Source of the DNA: an uncultured virus (IMG/VR IMGVR_UViG_3300018405_000013)
Taxonomy: Duplodnaviria > Heunggongvirae > Uroviricota > Caudoviricetes
Length of the DNA: 64,000 nucleotides
Virus record (IMG/VR): IMGVR_UViG_3300018405_000013
Direction: 5' to 3' (one strand)
Made by a program: the position numbers and the translations under genes. This document shows, piece by piece, positions 19,308 through 28,438 of the stretch (position 1 is the first letter of the stretch; each line of letters opens with the position of its first letter). A model generated the notes under the pieces. It made no database searches, had not been told where the DNA came from, and worked only from the letters and a program-made list of their open reading frames with translations.

Positions 19308-19904
19308 TTAGTAATTACTTGGCAACGACCATGATTCTATCAATCTTGCCGGTATTTTGTGTTCAGTTACTATAATGTTTGGTTCACAATACATGATGTA
19401 GTTTTCACCAGTTGCTTCATCAACCATCATTAACCATGTTGCATCAGCAGTTCCAGAAGAATAAAGTCCATTTGGGTCAGACTGTGGAATTACCACAGAA
19501 CCTGCATCGCAAGTTCCATTTGGATCGTCAAGATACTTATCTGGATTTGTATACTGTGTTGAATACGGTAATCCATAGCCCATACATTCACCAACATATA
19601 CAAATTTTCCGTTAAGATTTTGGCTATATGTGTAACAGATTAAGCTACTGTCATCCCTTTTTTCGTAGATTTCCTTAGCCAATTTCTTTTCGTAAAATTC
19701 TGTTATGTCCGGCATACCAACTTTGTCATTAGCCTGTGACATTAGTTTTTCTTGGTATTCTTTTTCCTTAGTTGTGGACGTCGCTTCTTCACTTGGCGCA
19801 CACCCAGATAGGATAAGCGTTGAAAGAACCATTATTAAAACCAACCAAATACTTATAGCCTTTTTCATTTTTTTATACCTCCCTAATAACTGCCGTTTCT
19901 GCAA
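19308..19904 (-). CDS. Lipoprotein (true start probably MKKAISI)
   Basis: Lipobox LSGC after hydrophobic stretch; GYGLPY..QYTNP and DPNGLY motifs. Confidence 0.75.
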   Translation of the reverse strand: MQKRQLLGRYKKMKKAISIWLVLIMVLSTLILSGCAPSEEATSTTKEKEYQEKLMSQANDKVGMPDITEFYEKKLAKEIYEKRDDSSLICYTYSQNLNGKFVYVGECMGYGLPYSTQYTNPDKYLDDPNGTCDAGSVVIPQSDPNGLYSSGTADATWLMMVDEATGENYIMYCEPNIIVTEHKIPARLIESWSLPSNY

Positions 19905-20260
19905 TCTTCCAGAAACGTTCTTAAATCATCGTTTTCAATCTTGCTTTCATCATAATTGGCATACACTGAATTTACATAATCCGCAATTGCTGCCTTTTCC
20001 GTATCACTTTCAGCCTTACTCATTTCAAGACGATACTTGGCTAAATCATCCAACTTACCTTCGTTGTATGTTGCTGTTTGTTTAAATGTCACCCTATCCA
20101 TGTTGGCTTTCCAGATGTTATACCCAACACCTGCAACAGAACTAATGATGGCTAAAATAATAACTACTATTACAATTTTAGTAATAGTTTTTCTACCGGC
20201 GTATGACGCATTAGCAAATTCTTGGTCAAACCCCATCTTAAAATCTTTGTCTACTTTCAT
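19883..20260 (-). CDS. Single-TM membrane protein paired with the lipoprotein
   Basis: One TM helix; first gene after promoter 20290-20318. Confidence 0.75.
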   Translation of the reverse strand: MKVDKDFKMGFDQEFANASYAGRKTITKIVIVVIILAIISSVAGVGYNIWKANMDRVTFKQTATYNEGKLDDLAKYRLEMSKAESDTEKAAIADYVNSVYANYDESKIENDDLRTFLEDCRNGSY

Positions 20261-20289
20261 ATTTACCTCCCTTGTTTTAACTTATTTAT

Positions 20290-20318
20290 ATTATATAAAA
20301 AAATAATTAGTGTGTCAA
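20290..20318 (-). promoter_or_regulatory. SigA-type promoter
   Basis: TTGACA-17-TATAAT. Confidence 0.8.
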
Positions 20319-20324
20319 GTCATA

Positions 20325-20744
20325 CTAGTCATCATTTTCATTTTCTTCATCTTCAATCACAGTTCCGTTGAAATATTCTGGCATTTCAGTCGGTTCTTTG
20401 AATTTGGCACACAACATGCCATTTTCACGGACATATTTGATGCATGACTGTGGAACATATTGTTCGTATTTTCTATGGTTAAGTTTTTTAAGTTCTCTGT
20501 TAACAAAAAGAATTATCCTAATGCTTCCAGAATAATAAACCAGTGCCGTAAGCCATATCGCAATCTTAATGGTGATATTACAATCATACGCTAAACTTAC
20601 ATATAACAGCGGTAGCCATGTGAACAGGTTTGTTCTAGCATTGCTTCTTAAAATAATTAAATTCTGTTTCTTCTTAAATTCACTTTCTAATTTTTCATAT
20701 TCATTCCGTTCGGAATCAAAATAGCTTTTGCTTTCATTTTCCAT
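20325..20744 (-). CDS. Membrane protein
   Basis: Two hydrophobic segments; RBS AGGAGG. Confidence 0.65.
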   Translation of the reverse strand: MENESKSYFDSERNEYEKLESEFKKKQNLIILRSNARTNLFTWLPLLYVSLAYDCNITIKIAIWLTALVYYSGSIRIILFVNRELKKLNHRKYEQYVPQSCIKYVRENGMLCAKFKEPTEMPEYFNGTVIEDEENENDD

Positions 20745-20788
20745 CTTTTTTACCCTCCTAAATACCGATAAAAGAATTTTTTTATTTG

Positions 20789-21088
20789 TTATAACAGTTC
20801 GACTTCAAACGACCTTAAATACAACTTAAACCCCCTTTCATCCATAATATACACTTGGTTTTTATATGATAGTAGGTATAAATTTCTCTGCGCATTTGTT
20901 GAATGTGGCGCAATGAATAATATTTTACAAACATACCCATTTTCCGGAAGTGCTTCTTCTGCAAATTTATCAATCTCGCTTGGAATATTTCTTAATATCC
21001 AAGGTGAATTATTTGCATAGGTGTACCCATATTCTGTTATTATAACATGGCTACCAACTCTATACTTGTCATTTACTAACTTGCCCAT
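20789..21088 (-). CDS. W..N.P/IAP family protein, tag (FEVELL)
   Basis: WILRNIP...IAPH. Confidence 0.8.
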   Translation of the reverse strand: MGKLVNDKYRVGSHVIITEYGYTYANNSPWILRNIPSEIDKFAEEALPENGYVCKILFIAPHSTNAQRNLYLLSYKNQVYIMDERGFKLYLRSFEVELL

Positions 21089-21110
21089 TTTGTGTCACCA
21101 TCCTAACAAT

Positions 21111-21410
21111 CTAAAGTAATTCAGCTACGTATCCATTAACAATTTCAAAATATTTGAAAAAGTCGTCGATTGCGAAATACCAACAGCGTCCATTCTTTCC
21201 GTAAGGAAATTCTTTGTATGATTGATCATATCCATCCATATCGAATCCCTTATTAGTGTGACCATCGTGCCCATTAACATTTTCATCAAATTCTACTAAA
21301 GCAAGCCTTGCGCCTATGCCTATTACTGTGCCAGCAACACCTTGAGTTTGGTGATTATCTTCGGCGTTTTTTATACTATTAACCTTTAATCCAACCTTAA
21401 GTTCATCCAT
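21111..21410 (-). CDS. SH3-like H[DN]G/CW family protein, tag (YVAELL)
   Basis: VEFDENVNGHDGH...GRCWY. Confidence 0.8.
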   Translation of the reverse strand: MDELKVGLKVNSIKNAEDNHQTQGVAGTVIGIGARLALVEFDENVNGHDGHTNKGFDMDGYDQSYKEFPYGKNGRCWYFAIDDFFKYFEIVNGYVAELL

Positions 21411-21455
21411 GTTTTAACCTCCCTAATATTATGTATTATTTTTAACTTTATATAT

Positions 21456-21484
21456 ATTATATCAAAAAAATATAACAAAGTCAA
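21456..21484 (-). promoter_or_regulatory. SigA-type promoter
   Basis: TTGACT-17-TATAAT with TG; upstream hairpin AATAGCCACGTA/TACGTGGCTATT. Confidence 0.8.
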
Positions 21485-21518
21485 GAATAGCCACGTAAAC
21501 TATATACGTGGCTATTTA

Positions 21519-21775
21519 TTATATTAATTCTACATTATATTGGTTATGTTTTTTTACCTTGTATTATGGCATATTCCAACAATGACCATTCTTGCCCAAG
21601 GAATCATATCCCTATGACCTCTTCTTATAGGTTCATCAAATTCAATAGTTAAATACTGCGTTCCATCACTACATGGTCTTGTGGCTATTATAGTCCCAAT
21701 TTTATTTATAATATCATTATTATCGTCGTGCGCATATGTCGCGATAACTCTATCTTTAACCTTGAGTTCATTCAT
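21519..21775 (-). pseudogene. Disrupted SH3-like CW-family gene whose tag (YNVELI) survives out of frame
   Basis: Restoring 1 nt after GHR gives GHRGYDSLGKNGHCWNMP*YKVKKHNQYNVELI* (one frameshift plus one in-frame TAA). Confidence 0.75.
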
Positions 21776-22056
21776 AATAAATCCACCACATATCCTTTCT
21801 TAAAAAGTCTTACTTCTTTTGTATCATTATCCCAACATACGCCACACATCAGTTCATGCGGTTCATCACGTTTTACGAACTTCAATACTTTATTGTATCT
21901 ATACAACTTTTCAAGTCTTATAAAATCGTCTAGTGGCTTACCGCTTCCCCATGTATACCCCATCTTGTGTAGTTTATAACATAAGAATTTGGCATCATCA
22001 AGTGTTTCAAACCTATATCCTATTTTTTGATTTAGAAAATCATTTAAATACATCAT
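21772..22056 (-). CDS. C.T.EE-like family protein, tag (YVVDLL)
   Basis: FETLDDAKFLC..L...GYTWGSG. Confidence 0.8.
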   Translation of the reverse strand: MMYLNDFLNQKIGYRFETLDDAKFLCYKLHKMGYTWGSGKPLDDFIRLEKLYRYNKVLKFVKRDEPHELMCGVCWDNDTKEVRLFKKGYVVDLL

Positions 22057-22364
22057 ACTAACGCCACCTCATAAGGATTAAATAGTTCGCTGTCGTTAAT
22101 TGTGGTTTTATATTCGCCGACGCCCACCACTTCCATATTTCTAATTCTTCCACTTGAAGTAAATCCAATATAGTTCCCACAATTATGTCTTGTTTTTAAC
22201 CATGCCAAAATATCTCGGTGCATATAATTTTGACCATATGAGGTTGTTATGCCATTGTCTCGTAATAGTTGGCATATTTTAGCACTATTTTCATAACTAT
22301 GACTTACTATTATCAACGAATCTTTTTTAACCCTAAATGAATCAAGGATGCTTGTTTTATTCAT
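22053..22364 (-). CDS. C.T.EE-like family protein, tag (YEVALV)
   Basis: ICQLLRDNGI...FNPYEV. Confidence 0.8.
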   Translation of the reverse strand: MNKTSILDSFRVKKDSLIIVSHSYENSAKICQLLRDNGITTSYGQNYMHRDILAWLKTRHNCGNYIGFTSSGRIRNMEVVGVGEYKTTINDSELFNPYEVALV

Positions 22365-22377
22365 AATATACCTCCTT

Positions 22378-22617
22378 TTAAATTAATTCTACTGCATATG
22401 CGTTGTCGTCAATTATATTCTTAGAATAATGATGAACAATACGAAACACACAACCGTATGATTTATCAATTCGGAATGAAAATGTATTTTCACGCTGATA
22501 ATCTATAAATACGCCATGAACAATGCTGTCTTTTAGAATATTTGTGCATACAGATGATAGCCAAGTTTCAGCTTTAACATGAACTATATCGCCAGGTTTA
22601 AATTTCTTCATAAACAC
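22378..22617 (-). CDS. Small protein, tag (YAVELI)
   Basis: FKPGDIV; terminal motif. Confidence 0.75.
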   Translation of the reverse strand: MFMKKFKPGDIVHVKAETWLSSVCTNILKDSIVHGVFIDYQRENTFSFRIDKSYGCVFRIVHHYSKNIIDDNAYAVELI

Positions 22618-22620
22618 ACC

Positions 22621-22941
22621 TCATATCAAACTTACACAATATTTGTTAAATACTATTTCGGCGTAATTTATTACATATTCATATTCATCTTTAATCATAA
22701 ATGATGTGTTCCATATTCCATTTTTTGTAAATGCAACGCTATTGCCAGATAGTAATCTATCCGTCATCCATTTAAGTGTGTTTGCAGAATAATAGTTTTC
22801 CCCATCTAAGTTTTTTATTTCATTACTGTCCAATATTTTACAGAATGACATTGCATGTTCAAATGTCTCGCATATAACAGCGACATCTTCTTTATCAGAT
22901 GATTTGAATATTGAAATTATTTCATTTTGACTTAAAGACAT
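22621..22941 (-). CDS. C.T.EE family protein, tag (YCVSLI)
   Basis: VICETFEHAMSFCKILDSNEI. Confidence 0.8.
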   Translation of the reverse strand: MSLSQNEIISIFKSSDKEDVAVICETFEHAMSFCKILDSNEIKNLDGENYYSANTLKWMTDRLLSGNSVAFTKNGIWNTSFMIKDEYEYVINYAEIVFNKYCVSLI

Positions 22942-22956
22942 ATATACACCTTCTTC

Positions 22957-23298
22957 CTATATTAGACCTACAACATACGGGTTGAATATAGACGAATACG
23001 GATATATTTCCAATACATCAATATCGAAATCGTCAAGTGATGCATATACTTCGCCATTAGCGAAAAAATATATTGGAAATTTTTTACATTGATTATACCA
23101 ATCAATCATATCATCTTCAACATATGGTTCGTCGCAAATGTCATATATATCATTATTATCTAAAAATTCAGAGAACGCGATACATTCTTCTTTAGTATTG
23201 CATTCGATAACAACGTAGTTATTTTCTTTATTTTCGAACAATTCGATTATAAGGTCTTTATTCATACATTCCCCACTTTCTATATAAGTTCCACACAA
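22957..23298 (-). CDS. C.T.EE family protein, tag (YVVGLI); start probably MNKDL
   Basis: IECNTKEECIAFSEFLDNNDI. Confidence 0.8.
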   Translation of the reverse strand: MCGTYIESGECMNKDLIIELFENKENNYVVIECNTKEECIAFSEFLDNNDIYDICDEPYVEDDMIDWYNQCKKFPIYFFANGEVYASLDDFDIDVLEIYPYSSIFNPYVVGLI

Positions 23299-23570
23299 TA
23301 TTTCGGTGTGGTTAAATCTTCGTAGAACACAGTTCTTTTACCTGGATTAAGTCTTTCACCATACATACATTTTGGGTAAGGTTTTACATCGTCAACACAA
23401 TAAAAAGTTAAATGATGTTTCATAAAAGTTCTTATTGCGCTTTCTACATCGCTGTCTATTTTTCTTTTTTTAACCAAAAATTTAATATATTTCTTATAAT
23501 TATCTGGTTCACGAAACATAAGGTCTGTTGGTTCAGAAATCATATATTCCAAAATTTCTTTATCGTTCAT
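23280..23570 (-). CDS. RH.[ST]FFY/YEDL family protein, tag (YCVELI)
   Basis: HHLTFY...MYG...FYEDL. Confidence 0.8.
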   Translation of the reverse strand: MNDKEILEYMISEPTDLMFREPDNYKKYIKFLVKKRKIDSDVESAIRTFMKHHLTFYCVDDVKPYPKCMYGERLNPGKRTVFYEDLTTPKYCVELI

Positions 23571-23581
23571 ATAACACCATC

Positions 23582-24004
23582 CTACAGATTAAGTTTATAG
23601 TATTTTTTACCACCATCGTATCCAGACGTCATAATAAATCCGCACTTTTCATAAACATGTTGTGCGATGGGATTCGATGAATCTAAAAATACGCATGGAT
23701 ATGAATTTTTCTTGATTATTTTTACTGCGTTCTTAACTAGGATATAACTTATATTATTTCCGCGATATTTTTTGTCGACGCACAAATTATATATGATATT
23801 GTTATGTATTGCACATGTGGCTATAACAGTATCATCTACCATAATATTTATAATTGAATCCATGTATGAATTTGGGTATAAGTCAATACCAAATGAGTTT
23901 TTTGCAACCCTATTCATCTGAACAATATGTTTTTTATACATAGACCGCATAGACCGTTCAGTCTTAGCCCTTCTTACCTGTAATTCATTTATATCAACTT
24001 TCAT
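23582..24004 (-). CDS. GNAT family acetyltransferase (paralog of 15169)
   Basis: LCVDKKYRGNNI; NPIAQHVYEKCGF. Confidence 0.85.
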   Translation of the reverse strand: MKVDINELQVRRAKTERSMRSMYKKHIVQMNRVAKNSFGIDLYPNSYMDSIINIMVDDTVIATCAIHNNIIYNLCVDKKYRGNNISYILVKNAVKIIKKNSYPCVFLDSSNPIAQHVYEKCGFIMTSGYDGGKKYYKLNL

Positions 24005-24015
24005 AATAAACCTCC

Positions 24016-24372
24016 TTAAATTAAATCAACCGAATAACTATTTTTTGTAAATTTGTAGATAACTTCTGATGATTGTAGATTTCTTCCAAATGAAAACCTT
24101 ACAAAATCTCCATGTAATTTTTCAACATCTATAATAACAGCATTATGAACATAATTATATTTTCTTGTAAATTCAGCATAAACACTTTTATTATATTTGT
24201 TATAATAATCATTTACCCATGCTCTTTTGTTGTCGCCAAAAACAATGCCACTATTTATAATTTGGATGTAAAATTCATCATACGCACGCAAGTCTCCTAT
24301 AAGTATCTTGGCACGACCATATTCGTCAAACTCCTTAATGTCGTCAATCTTGCAGATATTATTCATAACCAT
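24016..24372 (-). CDS. Y.QI/N..W family protein, tag (YSVDLI)
   Basis: FYIQIINS..NKRAWVNDY. Confidence 0.8.
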   Translation of the reverse strand: MVMNNICKIDDIKEFDEYGRAKILIGDLRAYDEFYIQIINSGIVFGDNKRAWVNDYYNKYNKSVYAEFTRKYNYVHNAVIIDVEKLHGDFVRFSFGRNLQSSEVIYKFTKNSYSVDLI

Positions 24373-24382
24373 AGTTTACACC

Positions 24383-24688
24383 TCATATTAACTCCACATC
24401 GTATGTGTGAACCTTTTTTAACCCAGATTGCATTATCAACATTGTATAGCGTCCGGATTTAACAGCACATATAGTTCCATATTTTTCATAATTTTCATGT
24501 GGCGCCATTGCAACTACTATTCCAGTTACAATGACGACATTTTTACGATTATTGTATTCAAGATATTCCAACAATAAGTCTGGTGCGTTATTTTCAAACC
24601 ATTTTGGATATGTTGTAAATTGCTTACCCCTGCTTATAACTTCTACTTCATCGTCAACCTTTAAATTATTTACAATATCGGCATTCAC
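24383..24688 (-). CDS. W..N.P/IAP family protein, tag (YDVELI)
   Basis: YPKWFENNAP...MAPH. Confidence 0.8.
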   Translation of the reverse strand: MNADIVNNLKVDDEVEVISRGKQFTTYPKWFENNAPDLLLEYLEYNNRKNVVIVTGIVVAMAPHENYEKYGTICAVKSGRYTMLIMQSGLKKVHTYDVELI

Positions 24689-24700
24689 ATTATATTCCCC

Positions 24701-25051
24701 CTATATTAAATTTACCGAATATGAATTTGCGAATAGACTATATGCCGGCATACTTGAATTTGTATATAAAGAAAAAACAAAACGTAAAATTCCTTCGTCT
24801 ATTTTTTTCACCTTTAGAACAATACAGTGTGATTGGCTATCCATTCTTTTCACATATTCATTTGCTATGCTTGTGATGCCTTTACGATAATCTATTCTCC
24901 AAGACGCTTTATTTATTGTACTTGCGATACTTTCATCGGAAATAATTTGTTCGTAAAAAGCCTTATAGTTTTCAATTGAATTTATATAAAGCACAGCATC
25001 GCCATCTTCGTTAAACGTGTCTATCTGATTGATATTGTTAATCTTAATCAT
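24701..25051 (-). CDS. Y.QI/N..W family protein, tag (YSVNLI)
   Basis: FYEQIISD..NKASWRIDY. Confidence 0.8.
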   Translation of the reverse strand: MIKINNINQIDTFNEDGDAVLYINSIENYKAFYEQIISDESIASTINKASWRIDYRKGITSIANEYVKRMDSQSHCIVLKVKKIDEGILRFVFSLYTNSSMPAYSLFANSYSVNLI

Positions 25052-25064
25052 TTATAACACCATC

Positions 25065-25646
25065 CTATTTGTTGTCATAGATGTTTTTATAAAAATCTAT
25101 CTCCATTAGTTCGCCACGTATTTCATCATACATCTTATGCAATCTTGGGTTAACCATACTCATCCAAAGTTTTCTATTGTCGGTAGCCATAGCATGTCGA
25201 ACCATAGTAGCCGATACAGCAATTCTTCCTCTAGGAATAATAAACTCATAAGTGTCTTTAATATCTTCTGGAGAGAACCACTTTGATCTCGCTTCATCAT
25301 TTCCGTAAAGCATTAAATCTGGCGTCTTATGCAAGTATTTATCCAAATTCGACAATACGAACTTACCCCAATCTGGCGTAATATCATTTTCGTTGGTTAA
25401 ATCTTGCAATCCATAAAAATGCACATTGGGATTGTCGCCATAGATTTCATTCAACAGCTTTATTCTTGTTCCTATGTTCAAAGGATTTCTTTCTGTTCCG
25501 CTTTCTTGTGATGAACCAACCAATATATACAGTCTATCACATAGGTTAATACCCATATCAAACAAACTACCGTGTCCGATGTGTGGTGTTTGAAATCTTC
25601 CACAGATTAAACCGCTATCAAAACTTTTCATATCTAAACCTCCCAA
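25065..25646 (-). CDS. NMN adenylyltransferase-like nucleotidyltransferase (NadM type)
   Basis: GRFQTPHIGH, GSSQES.T.RNP and SATMVR motifs. Confidence 0.85.
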   Translation of the reverse strand: MGGLDMKSFDSGLICGRFQTPHIGHGSLFDMGINLCDRLYILVGSSQESGTERNPLNIGTRIKLLNEIYGDNPNVHFYGLQDLTNENDITPDWGKFVLSNLDKYLHKTPDLMLYGNDEARSKWFSPEDIKDTYEFIIPRGRIAVSATMVRHAMATDNRKLWMSMVNPRLHKMYDEIRGELMEIDFYKNIYDNK

Positions 25647-25651
25647 TTATA

Positions 25652-26008
25652 TTACAACTTTTCTTTTATTTTAGCATATGCCAATCTTATCTGTTTGAAA
25701 ACTTCCGTAGATTCATCAGTAATATCAATTCCGGCAATTTCACCGAAATTTGATTCATATAAATTTATGATATCACCGCCAAACGCATCTTCAAACAAAA
25801 TATCATCAATTAAACCTTTGACATACATCATGCAGATGTATTCATAGGTATTTAGGAACGTTCTAACAATTCCTTTGAAGATATAATTCTTTTCAGTATC
25901 AGACATTAGTTTCTTTCTGATATAAAAATCTGCAAGTGATTCATAATAGTGTCGTTTTTCCTTAAAAAGCAATTCTGCTATATTGTGAAATAATGCAATC
26001 TTATCCAT
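25652..26008 (-). CDS. DUF4760-like protein
   Basis: FLNTYEYIC....GLIDD.LF pattern. Confidence 0.5.
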   Translation of the reverse strand: MDKIALFHNIAELLFKEKRHYYESLADFYIRKKLMSDTEKNYIFKGIVRTFLNTYEYICMMYVKGLIDDILFEDAFGGDIINLYESNFGEIAGIDITDESTEVFKQIRLAYAKIKEKL

Positions 26009-26334
26009 TATTTTTTCCTCCCATAAAGTTCTTCGAATTGTTCCAAGCTGTCAATTTCTTTCACATGATAATTTAATTCGCATATTCCGGTTACTTTTCC
26101 AAAATCTGGCAATGGAATGAAATCAAATAGAGATTCTGGTATCCCTATTTTTAAAATAATGCTTTTCATAACATCTAATTCGCCTGTAATCAGTGTTGGT
26201 GGAATAAATGGCATAGAATTATGAAACATTAAAGCCGAACTTCTATCTTTTTTAACCGCAGTAAAAAACTTTTTCTTATTAGACATAATATTTACCTCCC
26301 AAGTAAATCTTTTAATTTGTAAATGTTCCAACAA
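26008..26334 (-). CDS. Hypothetical protein (true start probably MSNKKK)
   Basis: RBS TTGGGAGG before the internal ATG. Confidence 0.6.
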   Translation of the reverse strand: MLEHLQIKRFTWEVNIMSNKKKFFTAVKKDRSSALMFHNSMPFIPPTLITGELDVMKSIILKIGIPESLFDFIPLPDFGKVTGICELNYHVKEIDSLEQFEELYGRKK

Positions 26335-26464
26335 TCGTTATTTTTTTAGAATATTTACACTTTTTAATAAACTTATCCATTAAGTATGGTGATGGAAATT
26401 CTTTTTCGAATCGTTCACCTTTTTCGTTGATACATATTGCATAACACATAACGTTCACCAACCA

Positions 26465-26677
26465 TCAATCATATTTTGAAAACTGTTTCATAATATCTTT
26501 ATATGTCGTATTTTCGTCAACCTTTAGTACGCGGTCATTAAACACGCCTGCTATGTCGAAACTTTGTATTTGTCTTAGTTTAAATAAGTCCCACACGAAA
26601 TCGTCAAGTCTGTCGCCAGGTTTTGCTTCAACAAATACCACCTGTTTATAATCCTTTAACATATTATTACCTCCCAA
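26465..26677 (-). CDS. Hypothetical protein (start probably MLKDY)
   Basis: RBS TTGGGAGG after promoter. Confidence 0.65.
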   Translation of the reverse strand: MGGNNMLKDYKQVVFVEAKPGDRLDDFVWDLFKLRQIQSFDIAGVFNDRVLKVDENTTYKDIMKQFSKYD

Positions 26678-26694
26678 TCTTTTTCTATACTATT

Positions 26695-26723
26695 ATTATA
26701 TCAAAAAAGTGAATGGATGTCAA
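26695..26723 (-). promoter_or_regulatory. SigA-type promoter
   Basis: TTGACA-17-TATAAT with TG. Confidence 0.85.
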
Positions 26724-26764
26724 GTAAAAAAGACGCCATAAATATGACGTCCTTTGTTTTAAAG

Positions 26765-26866
26765 TTAATAGCAATGACCTGTTCCGCCGCCACCACCATC
26801 GCCATAGCAATGACCCATACCATAAGTTCGGCTATATACAATTTTTCTTACAATCTTGGTAAACAT
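26765..26866 (-). CDS. 33-aa Gly-rich peptide with two GHCY motifs; candidate radical SAM substrate
   Basis: Own translation MFTKIVRKIVYSRTYGMGHCYGDGGGGGTGHCY*; starts 2 nt after the radical SAM stop and is followed by a terminator-like hairpin (26726-26756). Confidence 0.7.
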   Translation of the reverse strand: MFTKIVRKIVYSRTYGMGHCYGDGGGGGTGHCY

Positions 26867-26868
26867 AA

Positions 26869-27726
26869 TTATTTCCATCCCCTTTCCAATGACCCATCTT
26901 CATAGACAACGCCATATTTATTTGTAGATTTAATAAATGACTTACTTACTGCCTTAACACCATCCATAAATGATGCTTTTAAGGTTTCTTCGCACATAAA
27001 ACAAGACCTTTTTAATAACACCGGTGTCTTAAACCCCGGAATTAGCTTATCCATATCAATATATGTCTGGCATCCACCATAAAACGGTGAGCTTAATTTG
27101 ATTCCAAAGGTCTTTTCGAAAGACACATAATATTCTTCACCATGTTGAATTTCCGACAGTTTGATGGAATTGAATCCCATCTTATCATAATGTGTCAGAC
27201 ACTTTTCCAAATCTTCCCTTGTGTATAGGAATGGTTTAACAATATTAAGGTTGATTCGTATTTTTTCTTTGTATGGTAGTGCGTTATAGAATAACTGTCT
27301 ATCATACTGGGACTTTACACACCTGATTTCATCCGCAATAGATTCATCGTAATGTTGGACAGAAAGATTGATTCCGTCTACGATTTTTAACAATTCAACA
27401 AATAAGTCGAATCTTTCCATGCATATTTTTGGAACAGATGTTGTAACAAACACCTTTAAATCCGTTTCACGTTTTATAATGTTTATGCAGTCTATAAGTT
27501 CTTGCAGATAAAGACAAGGTTCGCCACCTAGAAACAATACATCATCATAACCATTTTGGTTATAGATTATCGTCTTTGCAATAGCTTTAATATCTGGTTT
27601 ACAAACTCCAATTCCTTGGTATTTTGAATCTATGCAATGTGCACATTTATTGTCACACGCACTTGTAAAGTGAACGTCAAAGGAATTATAGATTCCGTCG
27701 CAACAGTTCCGTTTAAAATTAAACAT
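26869..27726 (-). CDS. Radical SAM enzyme
   Basis: CDNKCAHC (CxxxCxxC), LGGEP; extra C-terminal Cys (GGCQ...RSCFMC). Confidence 0.9.
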   Translation of the reverse strand: MFNFKRNCCDGIYNSFDVHFTSACDNKCAHCIDSKYQGIGVCKPDIKAIAKTIIYNQNGYDDVLFLGGEPCLYLQELIDCINIIKRETDLKVFVTTSVPKICMERFDLFVELLKIVDGINLSVQHYDESIADEIRCVKSQYDRQLFYNALPYKEKIRINLNIVKPFLYTREDLEKCLTHYDKMGFNSIKLSEIQHGEEYYVSFEKTFGIKLSSPFYGGCQTYIDMDKLIPGFKTPVLLKRSCFMCEETLKASFMDGVKAVSKSFIKSTNKYGVVYEDGSLERGWK

Positions 27727-27816
27727 ATTTTTTACCTCCCTAAAAAATATCTTACTACCATATACAACATATTATATGAATATGTCATATATGGTGTATG
27801 CCGTAAAATATTACTC

Positions 27817-28350
27817 TTATACGCCAAGACTTATAATGATTGCTTTATCTACCTTGCTCATAGTATAGTCATCTACGGAACAAATTTTTTCACGCAATCT
27901 ACGTTTGTCTATTGTTCTGACCTGTTCAAGCAACGCAACCGAGTTTTTGCTTAATCCGTTATCTGAATACGGAATTCCAACGTGTGTTGGCAATTTAGCC
28001 TTGGACATTTGTGATGTTATAGCAGCAACTATTGTTGTAGGACTGTGTTTATTCCCAACGTCGTTCTGAATTACAAGAACGGGTCTTATTCCACCTTGTT
28101 CAGAACCTATAACTGGACTTAAATCGGCATAATAGATATCCCCACGCGTAACGCCGTTAATTGTGCGTTTTTTTGACGTGTTTTTCTGATTACCGTCAAT
28201 CCGTTTAATAGCACCACTATGTAGGTTTTCGGATTCTAACGATTCATCTTCTAAAGATAACAATTGTTGTAACGCAACATCTGCTTCATTACATTTGTCA
28301 CAATTTCCACTACAACTTCCTTCTGATAAATAACAATTACTTTTGTTCAT
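27817..28350 (-). CDS. mazF: MazF/PemK (NdoA-like) endoribonuclease with Cys-rich N-terminal extension
   Basis: [32 protein letters not shown]...KLPTHV...[13 protein letters not shown]. Confidence 0.9.
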   Translation of the reverse strand: MNKSNCYLSEGSCSGNCDKCNEADVALQQLLSLEDESLESENLHSGAIKRIDGNQKNTSKKRTINGVTRGDIYYADLSPVIGSEQGGIRPVLVIQNDVGNKHSPTTIVAAITSQMSKAKLPTHVGIPYSDNGLSKNSVALLEQVRTIDKRRLREKICSVDDYTMSKVDKAIIISLGV

Positions 28351-28401
28351 TTCTATTACCTCCCAAGTAAAATATAAATATTTGTTTTTCTTACTATATA
28401 T

Positions 28402-28430
28402 ATTATATCAAAATACAGATATAATGTCAA
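28402..28430 (-). promoter_or_regulatory. SigA-type promoter driving mazF
   Basis: TTGACA-17-TATAAT with TG. Confidence 0.85.
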
Positions 28431-28438
28431 ATCTGTAT

